Source: an uncultured Lachnospiraceae bacterium (GTDB lineage: Bacteria > Bacillota > Clostridia > Oscillospirales > CAG-272). From it: DNA of 43,897 bases. The translations under genes and the position numbers were made by a program. The stretch is from assembly GCA_964472845.1 (NCBI GenBank), contig CAYYND010000003.1, positions 1 to 43,897 of the forward strand. Direction: 5' to 3'. The notes beneath the pieces were generated by a model that searched no databases, was not told the DNA's origin, and saw only the letters and a program-made list of their open reading frames with translations. Shown here piece by piece: positions 10,823-19,656 of this stretch (positions are counted from its first letter, which is position 1; each line of letters starts with the position of its first letter).

Positions 10823-11479
10823 ATGGAAGGGTACAAAAGAGAGTTTATTGAATTTTTGCAGGGAGCCGGTGTCTTGAAATTCGGAGATTTTACAGCAAAG
10901 AGCGGAAGAAAGATCCCCTATTTTATTAACGCAGGCGACATAAAAACAGGCGATCAGATTGCAAAGCTCGGTGAGTTTTACGCAAAAAGCTATCTTGAAA
11001 AGGTAGGAAACAAAAGAGCGGTTCTTTACGGCCCCGCCTACAAGGGTATTCCGATAGCCGTTTCGGCAGCAGTTGCGTTGGCTAAGAACGAACTTGATGT
11101 TCCTTTCTTCTTCAACCGTAAGGAAGAGAAGGATCACGGAGAGGGCGGCATATTCGTAGGCTATGTTCCGAAGTCGGGCGAGGAGATCGTCATTGTTGAG
11201 GATGTTATCACTGCAGGTACCGCCATACGCGAGAGTATGTCAAATCTTCAAAGACTTGACGGCACTAAAGTTGCCGCGACCTTCGTTATGGTAGACAGAA
11301 AAGAGAAGGGCAAGGGTGAGAAGAGCGCTATGGCTGAGATCGAAGAAGAATACGGATTTCCCGTTTATTCCGTTGTCGATGTTTATGATATCATCGAATA
11401 TCTCGAGGAAGACCCTGCTAATAAAGAAAATGTTGACAGAATAAAGAATTATCTTGCGGTAAACGGAGCAAAGGCGTAA
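10823..11479 (+). CDS. pyrE: Orotate phosphoribosyltransferase
   Basis: PRPP-binding motif IVIVEDVITAGTA. I prefer ATG 10823 (MEGYKREFIEF) because AAGGAGAG lies 5-6 nt upstream. The ORF track extends to 10769. Confidence 0.9.
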   Translation: MEGYKREFIEFLQGAGVLKFGDFTAKSGRKIPYFINAGDIKTGDQIAKLGEFYAKSYLEKVGNKRAVLYGPAYKGIPIAVSAAVALAKNELDVPFFFNRKEEKDHGEGGIFVGYVPKSGEEIVIVEDVITAGTAIRESMSNLQRLDGTKVAATFVMVDRKEKGKGEKSAMAEIEEEYGFPVYSVVDVYDIIEYLEEDPANKENVDRIKNYLAVNGAKA

Positions 11480-11501
11480 ATCTTATTTAAGGAGATAAAA
11501 G

Positions 11502-12599
11502 ATGAGAAGCGTTATAGATATTTTGGATCTTACGACGGAAGAGATAGACAGACTTTTGAGCGTAGCAAATGATATTATAGCACACCCCGAAAAATACGCC
11601 GAGGCGTGCCACGGTAAAAAGCTTGCTACTCTTTTCTTTGAACCCTCGACGAGAACGAGACTGAGCTTTGAGGCTGCAATGCTTGAACTTGGCGGATCTG
11701 TCATAGGATTTTCTTCGGCACAGACCTCCTCGGCATCAAAGGGTGAAAGCGTAGCGGATACTTCTAAGGTAATAAGCTGTTATGCGGATATAATCGCTAT
11801 GCGTCACCCCAAAGAGGGCGCTCCGTTTGTTGCGTCGCAAAATGCGTCGATCCCCGTTATAAATGCGGGCGACGGCGGACATTGTCATCCGACGCAAACG
11901 CTGGCAGATCTTTTGACGATACAGAGAGAAAAAGGCAGGCTTCACGACCTTACCGTCGGCTTTTGCGGAGACCTTAAATACGGCAGGACCGTACATTCAC
12001 TCATTTCCGCGCTTTCCAGATACGAAAATATACGTATAGTATTGATCTCTCCCGATGAGCTCAAGCTTCCGAGCTATATCAAAAATGACGTTATGATAAA
12101 GAATAATATGGAATATATACAGACAACCGAGCTTGAAGAGGTAATGCCCGAGCTTGATATTCTTTATATGACTCGTGTTCAGGGAGAAAGATTTGCAAGC
12201 AACGACGAGTATTTAAGACTTCGTGATAGCTATATTCTGACACCGGACAAGCTTAAGAACGCAAAATCCGATCTTGCCATCCTTCATCCGCTTCCGAGAG
12301 TAAATGAAATAAGCGTGAAAATAGATGACGATCCCCGAGCTTGCTATTTTAAGCAGGTATCAAACGGAAAATATATGAGAATGGCACTCATACTCAAGCT
12401 TCTTGATGAGGCAAAGAACCCCGAAAGGAAAAAAGCCGATCATACGGGCAGTGAATATGTAGTCAATAAGCTCAAATGTCGTAACCCGAGGTGTATTACT
12501 ACGGTGGAGCAGGAGCTTGATCAGATCTTTCACGTTACGGATGCCTCTGAAGGGGTATGCAGATGTATTTATTGCGAATCTAAAGAATATATAAAATAA
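11502..12599 (+). CDS. pyrB: Aspartate carbamoyltransferase catalytic chain fused to a PyrI-type zinc domain
   Basis: 365 aa. ATCase motifs STRTR, HPTQ and HPLPR lie within residues 1-302. Residues about 318-365 (KCRNPRCIT...[11 protein letters not shown]) match the Cx4C...Cx2C zinc domain of the regulatory chain. Confidence 0.9.
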   Translation: MRSVIDILDLTTEEIDRLLSVANDIIAHPEKYAEACHGKKLATLFFEPSTRTRLSFEAAMLELGGSVIGFSSAQTSSASKGESVADTSKVISCYADIIAMRHPKEGAPFVASQNASIPVINAGDGGHCHPTQTLADLLTIQREKGRLHDLTVGFCGDLKYGRTVHSLISALSRYENIRIVLISPDELKLPSYIKNDVMIKNNMEYIQTTELEEVMPELDILYMTRVQGERFASNDEYLRLRDSYILTPDKLKNAKSDLAILHPLPRVNEISVKIDDDPRACYFKQVSNGKYMRMALILKLLDEAKNPERKKADHTGSEYVVNKLKCRNPRCITTVEQELDQIFHVTDASEGVCRCIYCESKEYIK

Positions 12600-12648
12600 T
12601 AAAAAACACATACTTATATAACATCGTAATATGTAAAGGAGAATTGCT

Positions 12649-13425
12649 ATGTGGGATCAAACAACAGAAAAGATTGGTGTTACAGGTCACAGAGGCTGTA
12701 AGGCATATATGCCCGAAAATACGCTTATGTCGTTTTCGGAGTCGTTTAAACTCGGTATCGACGTACTGGAGTTTGATGTTCAGCTTACGCTTGACGATGT
12801 TGTCATCGTAATGCACGATACGACCGTCGATCGTACTACCGACGGAAAGGGCGCCGTTTGTTTCAAAACGCTCGCCGAGATGAAAGCACTTGACGCAGGT
12901 GTTAAATTCGGATATCCGGGTGCCCGTGTGCCTACTCTGGATGAAACGCTTCAGCTCATCGTTGATGAGGCAGACAGCAATATGCTGCTCAATGTTGAGA
13001 TAAAGGATCAGACACCTCGCGTTATCGATAAGACGATCGAAGCGCTCCGCCGTTTTGGACTTGTGGAGCGTACCGTTATCGCAAGCTTTGATGCTCAAAC
13101 CTTGCTTTACGTTCAGAAATATTATCCGGAGTTCAAGACTCAGGGTCAACCTCCCGTTTGTATGAAGAGATACGATGAGAGCGTGCTTGACAAGATGTAC
13201 GGCATGGGAGTTCCGATGGATTCGTCCAAACTTCCTACCGATGAAGATATTTTTGAGGTGGTAAAGCTTGCAAACGATCACGGTATTCAAGCTTGGGGAT
13301 ATCATGCTGATAACCGCGAGGCGGCGGAAAGAGCTATGAAATACGGCTTTACCAATATAACCGCTAACGATCCGCGCGAGCTTATCGCTTATCTCGATGA
13401 GATCGGCAGACGTGTAGGCAAATGA
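12649..13425 (+). CDS. Glycerophosphodiester phosphodiesterase family protein
   Basis: 258 aa. GDPD motifs GHRG...PENTLMSF...LEFDVQLTLDDVVIVMHDTTVDRTTDGKG. Confidence 0.85.
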   Translation: MWDQTTEKIGVTGHRGCKAYMPENTLMSFSESFKLGIDVLEFDVQLTLDDVVIVMHDTTVDRTTDGKGAVCFKTLAEMKALDAGVKFGYPGARVPTLDETLQLIVDEADSNMLLNVEIKDQTPRVIDKTIEALRRFGLVERTVIASFDAQTLLYVQKYYPEFKTQGQPPVCMKRYDESVLDKMYGMGVPMDSSKLPTDEDIFEVVKLANDHGIQAWGYHADNREAAERAMKYGFTNITANDPRELIAYLDEIGRRVGK

Positions 13426-13461
13426 TTGTATCGTAAGGATCGGACGATCGATATGATATAT

Positions 13462-13510
13462 AAAAGCAAATATGCCGTTGTACCCTTGCGGTCTCGACAT
13501 ATTTGCTTTT
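13462..13510 (+). terminator. Hairpin terminator after the GDPD gene
   Basis: AAAAGCAAATATG (13462-13474) pairs with CATATTTGCTTTT (13498-13510), followed by TTAT. The loop is 23 nt. Confidence 0.5.
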
Positions 13511-13545
13511 TATCTTTCGGCTTTGTAAATATTCAGGGCATAATA

Positions 13546-13574
13546 TTGACAAATCGACGATATAATGATATCAT
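13546..13574 (+). promoter_or_regulatory. Sigma-A type promoter for the HD-domain gene
   Basis: TTGACA (13546-13551), a 17-nt spacer ending in TGa, then TATCAT (13569-13574). Confidence 0.5.
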
Positions 13575-13617
13575 TATACGATGGATCGATCATAAACAAC
13601 AGATAGGAGAGATAAAG

Positions 13618-14202
13618 GTGCAACCGAAGGAATTTATAACATTTATGAATGTTATCGAAAAGCTAAAGTGCAATACAAGACATTCTTGGACGTCGAGCGG
13701 ACGTCACGAGAGCGTTGCAGAACATTCTTGGCGGCTTGCGGTAATGGCGTTGCTTTGCTCTGATGAATATCCCGAGCTCGATATGGACAAGGTAATAAAA
13801 ATGTGTCTCATACACGATCTCGGAGAGGCGATAACGGGGGATATACCGTCATTCAACAAGACCGAGGAGGACGAAAGAACAGAGGACAAGGCAATAGAAC
13901 AGCTTATGAGCCTTTTGCCGGAGCACTATTCCGAAGAGCTTTCAAGGCTCTTTGATGAGATGAGGGAAAGACAGACTTCGGAGGCTAAACTTTTCAAAGC
14001 ACTTGATAATATGGAGGCAGTAATCTCTCATAATGAAGCGGATATATCAAGCTGGATCCCGTTTGAATACTCGGAAAATCTTGTATACGGACAGGATGCT
14101 GCCGCATGGTCTGATTGGACAAGAAGACTCAGAGCGCAGCTCAAAGAGGATAGCCTGTCAAAGATAGAGCGAGCCCAAAAGCAAAACGGTCAAAAAGAAT
14201 AA
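13618..14202 (+). CDS. HD-domain phosphohydrolase (YfbR-like 5'-nucleotidase family)
   Basis: H...HD...D pattern (ESVAEHSWRLAVMALL, IHDLGEAITGDIP). I prefer the GTG start at 13618, which lies behind an AGGAGAG RBS. The longer ORF from 13426 would run through the terminator and promoter. Confidence 0.75.
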   Translation: MQPKEFITFMNVIEKLKCNTRHSWTSSGRHESVAEHSWRLAVMALLCSDEYPELDMDKVIKMCLIHDLGEAITGDIPSFNKTEEDERTEDKAIEQLMSLLPEHYSEELSRLFDEMRERQTSEAKLFKALDNMEAVISHNEADISSWIPFEYSENLVYGQDAAAWSDWTRRLRAQLKEDSLSKIERAQKQNGQKE

Positions 14203-14272
14203 CAATGTGAAGACCTATTATCCTCGGTGCCGCTTTGAGGGGCGGACTTAGTGATAATTTATTAAACAAAAA

Positions 14273-14331
14273 ATGAGCAGTACTTTGCAAGGCATCTTTT
14301 GATGCGCTTTGCGGTTGACTGCTCATTTTTA
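14273..14331. terminator. Bidirectional terminator between the HD gene and ldh
   Basis: ATGAGCAGT (14273-14281) pairs with ACTGCTCAT (14318-14326). An inner GCATC-TTTT-GATGC hairpin is present. An A-run lies on the left and a T-run on the right. Confidence 0.55.
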
Positions 14332-14379
14332 TATTGTTTGGCTTTTACTGTAATGTCGCTTATATCGCGGCAAGATAAC

Positions 14380-15321
14380 TTAAAGGTCTATACCCTTGAT
14401 AACGGTTTTGAGATTTTCGGCACTGTTGTGAAGTAATGCTATCTCCTTGTCGTTAAGAGGCAAGAGTACCTTGCTGTGCGCGCCTTCGTTGCCGACTATA
14501 TTTAAAAGGCTGAGGCATACATCGTTGATGCCGTATTCACCGTGTGTCATAGTTGATACCGTCAGGGTCGTGTCGATTCCGCTAAGTAAGCACTTGCAGA
14601 TATGACAAGCTGACATAGATACCGCATAATATGTCGCGCCCTTACGCTGAATAATGCGCGAGCCCGATTTGCGAACGTAGTCCTCGACCTCGTCAAGCTT
14701 GAGCTCGGGATATTTTTCGTGGTTCATAACCGATCTGCCAAAATCCGCAACGGGAATGTTGGATATGTTTGCTACAGACCACGGAATAAATCCGGAGTCG
14801 CCGTGTTCACCAAGTACATAAGCGTGTACATTCATCTGGCTGACAGAGTAATATTCCGATATTCTTGAACGGAGTCTTGCCGTATCAAGTATCGTACCCG
14901 ATCCGATGACTTTGGATTCGGGAAGCCCCGTATATTTGCAGAAAACGTATGTAAGGATGTCGACCGGGTTACTTACTATAACATACGTTGCATTAGGAGC
15001 AAGCTTTACCACATTGTCTGCTACGGTCTTCATTATGTTTACGTTCGTCTGTGTAAGCTCAAGTCGTGACTGTCCGGGCTTTCTTGCGATTCCCGACGTA
15101 ATGATAACGATATCGGAATCCTTTGCATCCTCATAATTTCCTGCGTAGATCGTGGTAGGATTGCAGAAGGGCGTTCCCTGGCGTATGTCGAGCGCCTCGC
15201 CGAGTGCTTTGTCTTTGTTGATATCGATCATAACGATCTCGGATGCAGTACCTAAGATTGTTAATGAATATGCTATCGTTGCTCCCACACTGCCGGAGCC
15301 GATAATTGTAATTTTATTCAT
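14380..15321 (-). CDS. ldh: L-lactate dehydrogenase
   Basis: 313 aa. Rossmann motif IIGSGSVGATIAYSL and the LDH-type GEHGDS motif. Starts only 39 nt downstream of hydA2 on the same strand. Confidence 0.9.
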   Translation of the reverse strand: MNKITIIGSGSVGATIAYSLTILGTASEIVMIDINKDKALGEALDIRQGTPFCNPTTIYAGNYEDAKDSDIVIITSGIARKPGQSRLELTQTNVNIMKTVADNVVKLAPNATYVIVSNPVDILTYVFCKYTGLPESKVIGSGTILDTARLRSRISEYYSVSQMNVHAYVLGEHGDSGFIPWSVANISNIPVADFGRSVMNHEKYPELKLDEVEDYVRKSGSRIIQRKGATYYAVSMSACHICKCLLSGIDTTLTVSTMTHGEYGINDVCLSLLNIVGNEGAHSKVLLPLNDKEIALLHNSAENLKTVIKGIDL

Positions 15322-15360
15322 ATGTTTTCCTCTGTCTTCTTGTATGATTTATTTGTTGGG

Positions 15361-16791
15361 TCATTTAAGAACGGATATCGCGTCTCCGATGGTTTTCTCG
15401 AGAGCTTCGCGTCCGTATTTGTCGACCTCTGACTTGCTTTTTTCTCCGTGTGTTAAGCAACCTGCTCCGCCGATACATCCGCCGATGCAAGCCATTCCTT
15501 CGATGAAGTTACCGTCAAGGACGCCTTTGTTCAGCTTGAGAAGTGCCACACGGCACGCTTCTATGCCGTCACATACGACAGGCTTTACGGTAAAGTCAAT
15601 ATTCTGCTCCTTCATAGCCTGTGCCGCCGCATCCGTAAGTCCTCCGCTTCTTGCAAAGATCCTTCCAAAGTAAGAGGCGTTATCGAGCACGCCCTCTTCA
15701 AGCGACTGAATATCAATATCACGGCTGTCAAAGAGTGCCTGAAGCTCTTCAAAGGTCAGTACGGTATCTATATAGGGCTTGACTGCCTCAAGCTGAGCCT
15801 CCGCCTTCTTTGCAGTACAAGGACCGATGAATATGACCTTTGAATTCGGAGTCGTTTCCTTTATGTACTTTGCAAGAGTAGCCATAGGCGACAGATTGTG
15901 AGAGATATGTTCCACAAGATTTGGGAAGTTTGATTTGATGTACTGAACGAACGCAGGACAGCAGGAGCTTGTCAGAATACCTTTTTCGGAGAGCTCGCGA
16001 GCTTCTGCCATCGCGACCATATCCGCACCGAGAGCTGCCTCGATAACATCTTGAAATCCGAGCTTTTTAAGTCCCGTCACTACCTGACCGAGCTTTGCAT
16101 ATGAGAACTGACTTGAGATCGAGGGAGCAACTACGGCATATACCTTATAGCTTCCGTTTTCGGAGTTGCGATTGCTCTTTTTAAGAATATCGATCGCATT
16201 GAGCATAAAGGATTTATCCATAATAGCGCCGAAGGGGCACTGATAAACGCACGCTCCGCACTGAATACACTTGTTGTTATCGATCTTAGCCGCTTTTTCT
16301 TCGTTCATTGATATAGCCTTTACTTTACAAGCGTTCTGACAGGGACGCTTGCGGCTGACGATTGCGGTATAGGGGCACACCTTAGCGCACGCTCCGCACT
16401 CCTTGCATTTCGATTTGTCGATGTGAGCCACATGATTGTGATCAAACGAGAGCGCACCGAATTTGCAAACGTCTTCGCAGCGGTGTGCAAGACACCCGCG
16501 GCAAGCATTCGTTACCTCATAGCCTCCGACGGGACACTCATCGCAGGCGATATCGATCACCTCGATCACGTTCGGATTGTCTTTGTCTCCGCCCATAGCG
16601 AGCTTTACACGTTCTCCGAGTATCGCTCTTTCCTTATAGACACAGCATCGCATTGTCGGCTCATTGCCGGGAACGAGAAGCTTGGGAATATCCATCATAT
16701 TCTCAAGCAATTTATCATTCCAAGCAAGACGCGCAACCTCGCGAAGTACTTTATATTTTAAATGCTGTACCTTTGTATCAAATTTACGCAT
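15361..16791 (-). CDS. hydA2: Monomeric [FeFe]-hydrogenase, ferredoxin-dependent type (HydA2-like)
   Basis: 476 aa from ATG 16791 (GGAGG lies 6 nt upstream). Several CxxCxxCxxxCP ferredoxin motifs. H-cluster motifs TSSCCPAF, GPCTAKKAE and EGMACIGGCIGG. Confidence 0.8.
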   Translation of the reverse strand: MRKFDTKVQHLKYKVLREVARLAWNDKLLENMMDIPKLLVPGNEPTMRCCVYKERAILGERVKLAMGGDKDNPNVIEVIDIACDECPVGGYEVTNACRGCLAHRCEDVCKFGALSFDHNHVAHIDKSKCKECGACAKVCPYTAIVSRKRPCQNACKVKAISMNEEKAAKIDNNKCIQCGACVYQCPFGAIMDKSFMLNAIDILKKSNRNSENGSYKVYAVVAPSISSQFSYAKLGQVVTGLKKLGFQDVIEAALGADMVAMAEARELSEKGILTSSCCPAFVQYIKSNFPNLVEHISHNLSPMATLAKYIKETTPNSKVIFIGPCTAKKAEAQLEAVKPYIDTVLTFEELQALFDSRDIDIQSLEEGVLDNASYFGRIFARSGGLTDAAAQAMKEQNIDFTVKPVVCDGIEACRVALLKLNKGVLDGNFIEGMACIGGCIGGAGCLTHGEKSKSEVDKYGREALEKTIGDAISVLK

Positions 16792-16802
16792 TTTTACCTC
16801 CA

Positions 16803-17975
16803 TTAGAAATAACTTACCTTGATGCGTTTTCCCATCTTTCTGAGGCAACTCGAAAGCTCCTCTACCAAATTCATCTTTATGTTAAAATTTATAGGAAGAT
16901 CGGGGTTCTGGTGAGCAGGATTTACCGCTCTTCCAACATAGAAATTGATGTCCGTTGCCTCTTCAAACAAAAGTCGGCTTATAAGGGACGCACCGTCTTT
17001 TTTAAAATTCCAATCCTCGTAGAGGTCGTTCTCTCCGAGATAATCTTTTGCATATTGAATTACCTTGTTCATTGTAATTACGCCTTCCGTTACAAGATCT
17101 ACACCCTCGATATATGCTATCGGAGGTACATCGCTGCGCTCAAAATTCAAGCTCGCCTTTACGGGCTTGCCGAGATATTTTGCCGCAATAGATGACGTTG
17201 TACCGCCGCACACGATATGCTTGCCTTCTTTTGAGAAGAAAAGTGACATCATTCTGGTCGCGTCGTCCCGGTTTGAGGGGGGACCGAACAAAATATTCAT
17301 GGGTTCTCTCTTGCGTATCTTAATAACACAAGCCGTTGTATCATCGCCCGGTTTGTTTCCGTACAGGTTGTCGCACTCATCCACGAGCATAGTCGAGAGA
17401 TTCTTCGCGGTATATCCGCCCGCCGCAAGCGCCAACATATATTCTGCGATATCCTCGCGCTTCCAACCGAAGTTGTATTTGCCTCCCATTCCGGCATGAG
17501 GGCATCCGTCACTCATGGCTATGAAAACGTCATCCTCTTGCAGGCTGATGGTAGACTTGTATATCTTTTTACCGTCGATGTTCATCTCAGTCTTTGGATA
17601 ATCGTACAGCGCAAAATCTCTGATGATGATAACCTGAGGATTATCGTACTGAATGATCTCGGCTAACTCATTATTCAAAAGATGAATAATCGTGAATGTT
17701 GAATATGCCACGCCTCTTACCGAGCATACGGGAAGCGTTGCGGCAATAGTTGCTACACATTCCTCAATGGGAAGTCCCGCAGCCATCATCGTGGAGATTA
17801 TTTTGGAAGTTAGAGTTGAAAGTATGCTTGCTTTGACTCCCGAACCGAGACCGTCAGCCAATACTATGACGGTGGAGTTCTCGTTTTCTTCAACAACGTC
17901 TACGTGATCACCGCAAAGCTCTTCTCCGAAGTGATTGATGCTTTTGTATCCGATATCTGCACACAGATCATTCAT
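16803..17975 (-). CDS. SpoIIE/PP2C-family serine phosphatase with an uncharacterised C-terminal domain
   Basis: 390 aa. PP2C metal motifs ELCGDHV, LADGLGSGVKA, AMSDG and GDDTTACVI lie within residues 1-210. The remaining roughly 180 aa have no motif I recognise. Its start overlaps the hydS stop by 8 nt. Confidence 0.8.
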   Translation of the reverse strand: MNDLCADIGYKSINHFGEELCGDHVDVVEENENSTVIVLADGLGSGVKASILSTLTSKIISTMMAAGLPIEECVATIAATLPVCSVRGVAYSTFTIIHLLNNELAEIIQYDNPQVIIIRDFALYDYPKTEMNIDGKKIYKSTISLQEDDVFIAMSDGCPHAGMGGKYNFGWKREDIAEYMLALAAGGYTAKNLSTMLVDECDNLYGNKPGDDTTACVIKIRKREPMNILFGPPSNRDDATRMMSLFFSKEGKHIVCGGTTSSIAAKYLGKPVKASLNFERSDVPPIAYIEGVDLVTEGVITMNKVIQYAKDYLGENDLYEDWNFKKDGASLISRLLFEEATDINFYVGRAVNPAHQNPDLPINFNIKMNLVEELSSCLRKMGKRIKVSYF

Positions 17976-19656
17976 CGTTGATAGACTCCTTTAGCTTGGT
18001 TAAGGCTATCTTGGTCTCAGCCGCCGTTTCTCCGAGCAGGGAAGCGATCTCCTGAACTATCCTCATCTGCTTTTCTACCACGGTATCCGCAACCTCAACA
18101 GTCTTTTGATTGATCCTTGTCTTGTTCTCGCGAGCAGCTTCATCTGCGGTAATGTCACGCATAATTCCGATAAGAAGATGAGATTCGGGATCGTATACGA
18201 CCGTTTGCTCAACATATTTTTTGTATTCCGCAAGATATGCCGTTTGGTTGTTTACGCTTCTTCCGCTGTTTTTGACTTGAACGAATACGGTAGGATCAAG
18301 AATACGAATGACAGGCTCGCCGAGTACATCGGACTCGGCGCGGATGTTCATTATCTTACGCGCCGCCGCGTTTACTTGCTGTACCTCAAGATTTTCATTG
18401 AGTACGATAAGTCCGTTGGGGGTGTTTTTAACTATCGTGTCGGAGAAGCTTTCCGCCTTATCTTTAAGATAGGGCAGACACATGGATATCTCCGCCTTGC
18501 CCTGAATTATCGCGATGGCCTTTTCACGGCAGGAATTGTATCCGCAAGAGCCGCAGTTAAGCTCGTCTGAAGGCTTGAATTTACCCATCTGACGAAGGAC
18601 AGTCATGATCTCATTTTCGGTAGGCTGAGCAAGTCTGTGCTCGATCATCGTCATATGCTTGCGAAGCTCCATCGGTGTAGGCTGTGGTACTTTAAAATCG
18701 CGCTCACCCGCAAAATTTGCAACTGCCATATAATCCTTGACAGGGGACGAGCTGTGATACTTTTCCATAACGGGGCCGCCTATGCAGCTTCCGATGCAAG
18801 CCGACATCTCGATAAAGCATTTGTGAACCTTACCGTTTTCAATATCTTTAAGCGCGGCGATACAGTTGTCAACACCGTCGAGCGCAAGGTAACTGTATCC
18901 CGGAGCATTCTGAGCCATTGTTTTAAGTATACCGCCTGTGGTGGGGAAGAAGCGTGCGCGACTTTCCGGTTTGGGCTCAACTTCTTTTTCAAGCTCTATA
19001 TTCTCGGCTTTTAACATTTTTGTGAGCTCTTCAAATGTAAGAACGGCGTCCACTAAACCATCGTAATATTCAGCCTCATCCTTTTTTGCTACGCAGGGAC
19101 CGATAAAGACAGTCTTGGCGTTTGGTATACGCTTTTTGATGTCTGCGCAGTGTGCTTGCATAGGAGACATAGTATCCGCAAGGTATTCGAGCAATGAGGG
19201 AAAATATTTTTGTATCAACAAGTTTATGGAATGACAGCACGAGCTTATAACTACATCTCTGTCCTCCTCGCGAAGCATACGTTCATACTCCGTTTTAACG
19301 ATAGTGGCACCGATAGCGGTCTCTTCAACATCATAAAATCCGAGTTTTTGAAGCCCGCGGCGCATAGCTTGGATTCCGACGCCTTCGTAATTTGCAATAA
19401 ACGACGGCGCCAAACTGACAATAACGGGATCTCCGCTTTGAAGGAGCACTCTTACCTTTTCCGTGCCGTCAACTATTTCCTTTGCGTTTTGGGGACAAAC
19501 GACAAAGCAATGACCGCATAAAATACACTCATTGCCTATGATATGAGCTTGGTTCCCCGAAAAACGTATAGCCTTGACGGGGCAGTAACGGATACATTTA
19601 TAGCAGTTTTTGCAATTTGATTTTTTTAGTGTCAAGCAATTTGCCAATTCCGTCAC
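17968..19656 (-). CDS. hydS: Sensory-type [FeFe]-hydrogenase homologue with C-terminal PAS domain (HydS-like)
   Basis: 562 aa. Two N-terminal CxxCxxCxxxC motifs. A modified H-domain (SSCCHS, GPCVAKKDE, EMSACIGSCIGGP). An extra Cx2Cx4Cx16C motif (C368-C393). A PAS-like region at about residues 403-505. The GTG start overlaps the upstream stop (GTGA). Confidence 0.8.
   Translation of the reverse strand: MTELANCLTLKKSNCKNCYKCIRYCPVKAIRFSGNQAHIIGNECILCGHCFVVCPQNAKEIVDGTEKVRVLLQSGDPVIVSLAPSFIANYEGVGIQAMRRGLQKLGFYDVEETAIGATIVKTEYERMLREEDRDVVISSCCHSINLLIQKYFPSLLEYLADTMSPMQAHCADIKKRIPNAKTVFIGPCVAKKDEAEYYDGLVDAVLTFEELTKMLKAENIELEKEVEPKPESRARFFPTTGGILKTMAQNAPGYSYLALDGVDNCIAALKDIENGKVHKCFIEMSACIGSCIGGPVMEKYHSSSPVKDYMAVANFAGERDFKVPQPTPMELRKHMTMIEHRLAQPTENEIMTVLRQMGKFKPSDELNCGSCGYNSCREKAIAIIQGKAEISMCLPYLKDKAESFSDTIVKNTPNGLIVLNENLEVQQVNAAARKIMNIRAESDVLGEPVIRILDPTVFVQVKNSGRSVNNQTAYLAEYKKYVEQTVVYDPESHLLIGIMRDITADEAARENKTRINQKTVEVADTVVEKQMRIVQEIASLLGETAAETKIALTKLKESINDE

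Noticed and set aside
15152-15673. A 173-aa plus-strand ORF bridging the ldh/hydA2 junction. Comparable ones occur at 16653-17195 and 17065-17499.
   Set aside because: They are antisense to three well-supported genes at once. They are hydrophobic or low-complexity and lack an RBS.
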